From an uncultured virus (IMG/VR IMGVR_UViG_3300011223_000002) (lineage: Duplodnaviria; Heunggongvirae; Uroviricota; Caudoviricetes), in IMG/VR virus record IMGVR_UViG_3300011223_000002, positions 1-64,000 of that record: DNA of 64,000 bases, one strand, 5' to 3'. The translations under genes were made by a program, and so were the position numbers. Shown one piece after another: positions 58,661-64,000 of the stretch. Within the stretch, counting starts at the first letter, position 1. The number at the start of each line of letters is the position of its first letter. The notes beneath the pieces were generated by a model. It worked only from the letters and a program-made list of their open reading frames with translations. It made no database searches and had not been told where the DNA came from.

Positions 58661-58906
58661 TCACAGGGGAAGGGGGTAATGAAGTGGCTGAACGTACGTG
58701 AAAAGAACCGCCACCATGGTTAAAGCAAAGAGCGTCATAGTGCAGATGATTAGCCAGACACAACGCATGTACCATTTGTTGTATCGACGGCGATGACCGG
58801 ATGTAGGGATCTCCTTATAATGCTTTTTCCAGATGTTGTACTCCATTACAGCAACAAATGTAAGGAGAATTGAAATAGCGAGTAACACAAGTAGCGCGGT
58901 GAACAT
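58661..58906 (-). CDS. Small two-TM membrane protein
   Basis: Start MFTALL with AGGT RBS. Confidence 0.55.
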   Translation of the reverse strand: MFTALLVLLAISILLTFVAVMEYNIWKKHYKEIPTSGHRRRYNKWYMRCVWLIICTMTLFALTMVAVLFTYVQPLHYPLPL

Positions 58907-58910
58907 GTAA

Positions 58911-59165
58911 TTACCTGAACGGTAAGGGAATAAGTTGGATAGCCATTCCCAAGGAAGCGTAAGCAACTAAGACCACCACAATGCCCACGAAACGGGAGTC
59001 CGCCGCCATGAAGCTAAGGCGGTCTTCTAGACGACCGAAGAGAAGCATGCGTTTGTACGCCTCTTCGCGTTTGATGGCAGCCCGGGCAAAGCAGATGACA
59101 AGCAGACCCAAGATCGCCAACAGCAGCCAAGGACGTAAGACCATTAACCAGTCGAGGAAAGTCAT
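58911..59165 (-). CDS. Small two-TM membrane protein
   Basis: ATGA overlap, GAGG RBS. Confidence 0.55.
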   Translation of the reverse strand: MTFLDWLMVLRPWLLLAILGLLVICFARAAIKREEAYKRMLLFGRLEDRLSFMAADSRFVGIVVVLVAYASLGMAIQLIPLPFR

Positions 59166-59671
59166 GACATTCTGCCTCTTTTGCTGCTAGCGGCGTCTTG
59201 ATAGACCAGGAAGGCGACATCGGTGGCTTTCCTCAGGGCGTGGTATTGCCGTGCTGCGACGTGAGGTTGTAACGAGACTCCGAACCCAAGTATCCAGACG
59301 TTATACCATGACATTCCCTTATCTTCAGGGGAACGCTCGACGGTGATGTCGCCTCGTAAAGCAGTCGACAACTTTACCAGGTTTGCATTGTTACCGTATT
59401 CACGAGCGAGTCGCAGGAAGACGTCATTCAAGAACGCCATTGCGCGGCGGTTACGAACACCGCACATGATGTAACCGCTGGTATGCCCCTTCCGCTCAGG
59501 ATGGCCTTGGCAAGACCAGACGGTGACCAGACCCTCAACCGAGTTAAAGACGTGAAGTACGTCAACCAGTTCCTTATCAAACGACCCAAGATCATCCAGA
59601 TGGGGTTGAATATGTTTCCAGCGTTCGACAAGTTTATCAAACGGTCGTTTAGACATGTAGTTCATGCACAT
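59162..59671 (-). CDS. Hypothetical protein with a TYW3-like N-terminal motif
   Basis: DKELVDVLHVFNSVEGLVTVWSCQGH. Confidence 0.5.
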   Translation of the reverse strand: MCMNYMSKRPFDKLVERWKHIQPHLDDLGSFDKELVDVLHVFNSVEGLVTVWSCQGHPERKGHTSGYIMCGVRNRRAMAFLNDVFLRLAREYGNNANLVKLSTALRGDITVERSPEDKGMSWYNVWILGFGVSLQPHVAARQYHALRKATDVAFLVYQDAASSKRGRMS

Positions 59672-59714
59672 GTTCCTTAATGAAAGTAGACTTACTCGTC
59701 TACTTGGTGGGCGG

Positions 59715-60113
59715 TTAGCAGTAACGCATAAACATCGCGTCTTTTTCGAAATCGAATGACCTTACCAGCTCCTCGAATTCATCGTACTCTTTCAGCAAGT
59801 ACTCTTCGGTGTCAGGATCTAGATCATCTTTGTCCCTTTCGACAACCTTGCGACAGACCTCCAACACGCCCAGGCATTGTGCTTTAGTCACACTGTATGC
59901 CTGTTGCCCCGAGTGGATTCCCGCGACGTGTTCTTTCATGGCATCGAGCATCCAGCCATAATTTGGCGAAATCCAGATGGTTGAGAACCCTTCTGCGTCC
60001 CCAAGCGAGACAATGAGGTCACTGATACCTTCACCGTCCAGCGCCGGTTTGATGTAGGGGTATTTATTAGCGTTCTCTCGGGAAATACGACTTACAAAAA
60101 TATTGCTACTCAT
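59715..60113 (-). CDS. Hypothetical acidic protein
   Basis: 132 aa, TAAGGA RBS. Confidence 0.6.
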   Translation of the reverse strand: MSSNIFVSRISRENANKYPYIKPALDGEGISDLIVSLGDAEGFSTIWISPNYGWMLDAMKEHVAGIHSGQQAYSVTKAQCLGVLEVCRKVVERDKDDLDPDTEEYLLKEYDEFEELVRSFDFEKDAMFMRYC

Positions 60114-60164
60114 TCTTTTCTTCCTTAGTGAAAGTAGGAGGTGCTAACCTACTTGATGGGCCAA

Positions 60165-60566
60165 TCAATCATCGTGGTAGAGATCTGCATCGCGCTCCCG
60201 TTCTTCCCGATCCTGTTCGAGTCGGGCCTGATGCCGAGAGGAATCCCGACAGGTGGTGCAGATCCACATCTTGCTGTTCTCACGATCGGCGTAAGATCCG
60301 TCGACCATGTACGGTACATAACGGTGCATGAACTTGAGAGGAAGTTCCTCTTTGCAGTACCCGCATTCCGTCAACCCTTCTTGTCGATTGAGCAGGAATT
60401 GCTCGTAGCACTCTTTGCAGAGGTAGTGACGTTCTTCACCAAAGCTGTCAGCTTCACCTGTGTAGCCGTAGGCTTGCTGATCATCAACAAGGTGATCACA
60501 ACGACCCCCTTCAGAAGGATCTTCACCAACAATGTCTTGGGTACGGCCAGATATTGACCAGTTCAT
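60165..60566 (-). CDS. Putative Zn-finger protein
   Basis: CDH, CKEC, CGYC, CTTC; AAGGAG RBS. Confidence 0.6.
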   Translation of the reverse strand: MNWSISGRTQDIVGEDPSEGGRCDHLVDDQQAYGYTGEADSFGEERHYLCKECYEQFLLNRQEGLTECGYCKEELPLKFMHRYVPYMVDGSYADRENSKMWICTTCRDSSRHQARLEQDREERERDADLYHDD

Positions 60567-60654
60567 AACTTACTCCTTATTAACGGGGCAATGGGATGAT
60601 GGGGAATGGTTGCCTTGTTGGCTGCCTTTTTCAAGGGGCGTCTAATGACTTTCT

Positions 60655-61170
60655 TCATTTGTTTTCTCCAGAACTATCAGGCTTAGGGTAGGCGTTGGCT
60701 TTATCGTGGATAACTTCAAAATGCCATCCAGGATCATGTACGTACTCGACCAAGCCGGGGCGTGATTCATGACGGGACATATATGTCGGGAACGTCGACC
60801 TTATACACAGTCGAACCTGACGATCGCTTTTCAGCAATTCGTCAAATAACCTGCTATTTTCAAAATGGTTACGGGCGGTGCGTAACAGGCTTGGTATCGA
60901 AGGCGCCCCTTCCGGGTACTCACCTATCTTCGAAACCTCGATCAGTGCCTCGCGGATGCGACTCCACCATCGGTCGTATGTCTGTGCTGAATCGTACATG
61001 GTGGGAAGGCACAGTCCTTCACCGGAGAGTACAATGTCAACCATCGGAAGTTTGGTGTTCATGAAGTAAACCAAAGCACCCCGATGAAGAACGACGGGAT
61101 GTTCATCAATCAGCTCAGGATTGCCCTCGACCAATCTTTCTCGCCGAGGGAAACGAATGATGTTGGTCAT
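60655..61170 (-). CDS. Hypothetical protein
   Basis: 171 aa, ATGA overlap. Confidence 0.55.
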   Translation of the reverse strand: MTNIIRFPRRERLVEGNPELIDEHPVVLHRGALVYFMNTKLPMVDIVLSGEGLCLPTMYDSAQTYDRWWSRIREALIEVSKIGEYPEGAPSIPSLLRTARNHFENSRLFDELLKSDRQVRLCIRSTFPTYMSRHESRPGLVEYVHDPGWHFEVIHDKANAYPKPDSSGENK

Positions 61171-61442
61171 TTACCCTTTCCCTTGTGTAGAACAAAACGA
61201 CCGTTACGGATCACAAAAGTAAATCCCTTCTCCTGACTTGGAGAGAGGGTGTCTACACCTTCGTCGTAGCGGAGCTTTGCTTTCATTGGAGTTTGCGTGG
61301 TGGTCAGGGTATCGACATAACCCAATACAACCACGCCTTTACGTCCGTTCATTGTAACGCGAATGCCAACATCTTGCAGCTGCTCTTGCAGGGTCTTGCG
61401 CTGACTGGCCAGGAAATTCTGTTCAACTAACAGAACTGTCAT
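61167..61442 (-). CDS. Hypothetical protein
   Basis: 91 aa, AAGGAG RBS. Confidence 0.6.
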   Translation of the reverse strand: MTVLLVEQNFLASQRKTLQEQLQDVGIRVTMNGRKGVVVLGYVDTLTTTQTPMKAKLRYDEGVDTLSPSQEKGFTFVIRNGRFVLHKGKGK

Positions 61443-61452
61443 CTAAGTCTCC

Positions 61453-61785
61453 TTAGTCCATGCCTTTCAAATCAACCACTTCACGAAGGTCGATGGGTAC
61501 GGAACCGTAGTCTGGTATTTCGGCGTCGGGCCGCCGATGGGTTGGGATACGGCCGTTGTCACAGGCAACGTCCAACTCACCCTTCATTGCAGGATCATCG
61601 CGGAACGTCATTACGGCGTAGTTGCCTTGGTTTTGTAGCAGGGTGTAGCGCTCATCATCGGTCAGCTTAACCAGACCATCCTCACAACGGGGGCCGAAAA
61701 AGAAACCGGGAAGGGCGACAAGTTCGTTGTTCGTGCTGCGTGCCATGTCTTGCGTGCTCGTGTTAAGAGATTGATTAAAAGTCAT
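61453..61785 (-). CDS. Hypothetical protein
   Basis: 110 aa. Confidence 0.55.
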   Translation of the reverse strand: MTFNQSLNTSTQDMARSTNNELVALPGFFFGPRCEDGLVKLTDDERYTLLQNQGNYAVMTFRDDPAMKGELDVACDNGRIPTHRRPDAEIPDYGSVPIDLREVVDLKGMD

Positions 61786-61841
61786 TGTCTTCGCCTTTAG
61801 GGTAAAGAAATAAATGAGGTTGTTACAGAAAATAAAAAGGG

Positions 61842-61864
61842 AAGGCCAGGATAATCCTGGCCTT
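61842..61864 (-). terminator. Terminator hairpin
   Basis: AAGGCCAGGAT-a-ATCCTGGCCTT with an A-rich run on its + strand 5' side. Confidence 0.65.
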
Positions 61865-61885
61865 ACGAATCATGTAAGCATATCC

Positions 61886-62284
61886 TTATTTATTGGCAAC
61901 CAGTGGTTTGGAGGAGCATTGTGTAAAGAGCTCCTTATCACCATACATGGTGTCAGAATCATCCACCAGGGCACTGATCCCGACTTCGGTGTTCTTACCA
62001 TTCTTGTAAATGTACAAGACATGATGGTTGCCGCTATCGACATAGGCGGCTACATCAAGCTCCTCGAACCCAACAATGGACGGATCCACCTTGCTGTATA
62101 CTGCGCCAACCTGCGTAGTAATGTGCGCATTGGTAACAGTAAACATGTAAGGTTCAATGGGGTCCACTTTGATGCTGTGGAAGTCTTCAGGGTTTGGTGT
62201 ATACCCGTACCCAGTACAGACCAAATTATCAGCCATTGCTGAAGACGCCATAGCGCACAACAGCACAGTCACGAATCCTTTCAT
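61886..62284 (-). CDS. Secreted/periplasmic protein
   Basis: Sec signal peptide MKGFVTVLLCAMASSAMA|D; two Cys in the mature part. Confidence 0.65.
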   Translation of the reverse strand: MKGFVTVLLCAMASSAMADNLVCTGYGYTPNPEDFHSIKVDPIEPYMFTVTNAHITTQVGAVYSKVDPSIVGFEELDVAAYVDSGNHHVLYIYKNGKNTEVGISALVDDSDTMYGDKELFTQCSSKPLVANK

Positions 62285-62901
62285 TAGTTGATACCTGTGT
62301 TAGGGGAAACGGTAGTCCGATATTGGTTAGTGGCAATGTTTTCTGCTACGCTGGCCAAGAGAGCATTAACGTTCATGTCACGAATGGCTTGGAGGTGAGT
62401 GCGGAAAGAATCAGCCACCTCATTAACCCGAGCCTCGAAGGTATCGCCGCGTTCTTCATTACGCAAGTCCATCTGGAACGTGAAAGGTTTCAGGTTTTCA
62501 GCATAGATGGTGAGCGTGAAGTAACGCCCTTTGGCCAAGCCGTGCACCATCACCGGGCTTTCTTCGGCAAGGACTTTGTTAAACAACGGGAAGTCGTTGA
62601 CGTGACCGTGGGTGCGGAAATACCGACCGGCCATCTTCGCTTGCAGCAAGCCTTGCTCAAGCATGTCAATGAGCTCATAGATGCTCTCTTCGTGAGCATT
62701 CAAAGCCCTAGCGACTTCCACGAGTTCTACACCACTGAAGGGAACACGGATAGAACGTGCGAACATGCCGTGTGTACCAAAGCCCACAGCACTGGTAACC
62801 CGCAGCACATTGTCACGGGTCAAGGAAATGGTGGAATCCAGCACAACCATTTCGCGCGCGTGCAGGACAGAAACTTTACGGGATTGGGAAATAATGGTCA
62901 T
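62284..62901 (-). CDS. Hypothetical early protein
   Basis: 205 aa, GGAG RBS, follows promoter motif copy 6. Confidence 0.6.
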   Translation of the reverse strand: MTIISQSRKVSVLHAREMVVLDSTISLTRDNVLRVTSAVGFGTHGMFARSIRVPFSGVELVEVARALNAHEESIYELIDMLEQGLLQAKMAGRYFRTHGHVNDFPLFNKVLAEESPVMVHGLAKGRYFTLTIYAENLKPFTFQMDLRNEERGDTFEARVNEVADSFRTHLQAIRDMNVNALLASVAENIATNQYRTTVSPNTGIN

Positions 62902-63016
62902 GAGTGTTACTCCGATATGGCAAGGTAAGACCTTGGGGGTATAGGGCAGTTAGACGGTGCCAGCAGAATTACTGGACTTAGATAACCCAGTCAAATACCC
63001 TGGGTTATTCACATAA

Positions 63017-63035
63017 GTAATATAGGCCTAAGAAT
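63017..63035 (-). promoter_or_regulatory. Phage early-promoter-like motif (copy 6)
   Basis: Minus strand ATTCTTAGGCCTATATTAC. Confidence 0.65.
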
Positions 63036-63044
63036 CGCCATAGG

Positions 63045-63530
63045 TTAAGCGGATCGAATGCCAACGAGCTCAGTAATAAGCTCATGGCTATCGATGAATG
63101 CAAAGCCGAGCGATTCATAGAACCGTAAAGCCCTTACATTGCGCTTCAAGACGCTGACCTTTATCTCAGTGGCTGGGTGACGCCGAGCAAAGTCTTCGAT
63201 TAGGGCTTTACCGATACCCTGTGACCGCAACCAGGGTTGTACAAAAATCCCGAGAATGTGCGAGGGGTCTCTCCGATCGGCACAGAGGATGCCGTGCGTC
63301 TGGCCGTCCTCGTTCTTGGGGATTGCGGTTACGGTAAACCCAACGCTGCGCGCCAGGTAGTTAGCACGTGCTTTCCAGAGGTCTTGTTCATCTACGGCCA
63401 ATTTGTCTGGATCAACCCCAAACAATTTGCTTTCATCTTTGGCGATTTTTAACAAATAATGACCGATGTGCAAGTGAGCTTCCTCATCCCCTTCTTTAAC
63501 ACCGTGACCCAATAGGTTGTAGTTTTCCAT
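63045..63530 (-). CDS. GNAT-family acetyltransferase
   Basis: IFVQPWLRSQGIGKAL (motif A) and NVRALRFYESLGF (motif B); GGAGG RBS. Confidence 0.85.
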   Translation of the reverse strand: MENYNLLGHGVKEGDEEAHLHIGHYLLKIAKDESKLFGVDPDKLAVDEQDLWKARANYLARSVGFTVTAIPKNEDGQTHGILCADRRDPSHILGIFVQPWLRSQGIGKALIEDFARRHPATEIKVSVLKRNVRALRFYESLGFAFIDSHELITELVGIRSA

Positions 63531-63558
63531 GACCCCCTCCGAAAAAACAAATAAATAA

Positions 63559-63579
63559 AGCAGGGGGAATACCCCTGCT
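63559..63579 (-). terminator. Terminator hairpin
   Basis: AGCAGGGG-gaata-CCCCTGCT with an A-run. Confidence 0.65.
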
Positions 63580-63592
63580 CCATGTTAGACAA

Positions 63593-64000
63593 TCAGTAAG
63601 CGCACTGAGCGACTGTAATCAAACGCGAAATCGGATTCTCTTCCGGCTTCTCGTCAGGTTTGGCCGGATGGTCCGTCATAACGATTGTGAAGTACGGCAG
63701 ACCCCCGGAGCTACGCTTGAAGAAGATCATGGCTTCCGGATTAGAGGCAAACGTCGGCGGATTCTCGTTTTCCATGTTGGTGAGGGAGAGACCTTCCGGA
63801 AAAACTTTGTTTGGCTCGATAGTTACCTTTTGATTGGCCTGGTAAATTACTGTGAGCTCATTTTGGACTGGATTGTCCGTTGATACCTCAAACTCGGTAG
63901 GCGATTTACTCGCATTATTAGGGGTGTTTTTCGGCGCCACCTTGTTATCAGTGTATGCGTAGCAGATGTACGTCGAGCCCTCTGGTTCAATGTCATCCAG
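63593..64000 (-). CDS. Hypothetical protein, probably truncated at the window edge
   Basis: ORF ending at 63593; the frame appears open to the window end, so the true start is uncertain. Confidence 0.4.
   Translation of the reverse strand: MDDIEPEGSTYICYAYTDNKVAPKNTPNNASKSPTEFEVSTDNPVQNELTVIYQANQKVTIEPNKVFPEGLSLTNMENENPPTFASNPEAMIFFKRSSGGLPYFTIVMTDHPAKPDEKPEENPISRLITVAQCAY

Noticed and set aside
1..64000. tRNA/rRNA genes, integrase, transposase, stop-codon recoding
   Set aside because: Intergenic gaps are short hairpin or promoter regions with no cloverleaf seen, no such protein motifs were found, and the standard code gives dense intact ORFs

Overview
This window looks like part of a phiKZ/EL/OBP-like (Chimalliviridae-type) jumbo phage genome, inferred from sequence motifs and gene order with no database search. 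1-26.8 kb is a conserved core block. It holds a giant tape-measure-like virion protein with GH19 and M15-type lytic domains, a split virion RNA polymerase beta C-terminal subunit, a UvsX/RecA, an RNase H-fold protein that appears to lack catalytic acids, and a SF2 helicase interrupted by an Ala-starting class 3 intein. It ends with a three-gene fibre module whose proteins carry matching terminal motifs. 26.9-33.2 kb and 45.4-64 kb are minus-strand accessory/early cassettes headed by a six-copy CCTAYATTAC promoter-like motif, and include a GroEL-like chaperonin (no groES in the window), a GNAT and many small membrane proteins. 33.3-45.3 kb is a plus-strand tail-fibre/receptor-binding module: a collagen/foldon-repeat fibre, a chaperone, a Kelch-like protein, a DUF1353-like protein and a duplicated three-gene cassette of 'W(W/R)PVLE' paralogs. 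The most novel-looking signals are two apparent peptide-docking assembly codes, at 25.5-26.8 kb and 38.2-45.3 kb; both are inferences that need structural testing. No tRNA, rRNA, CRISPR array, integrase or reverse transcriptase was seen.
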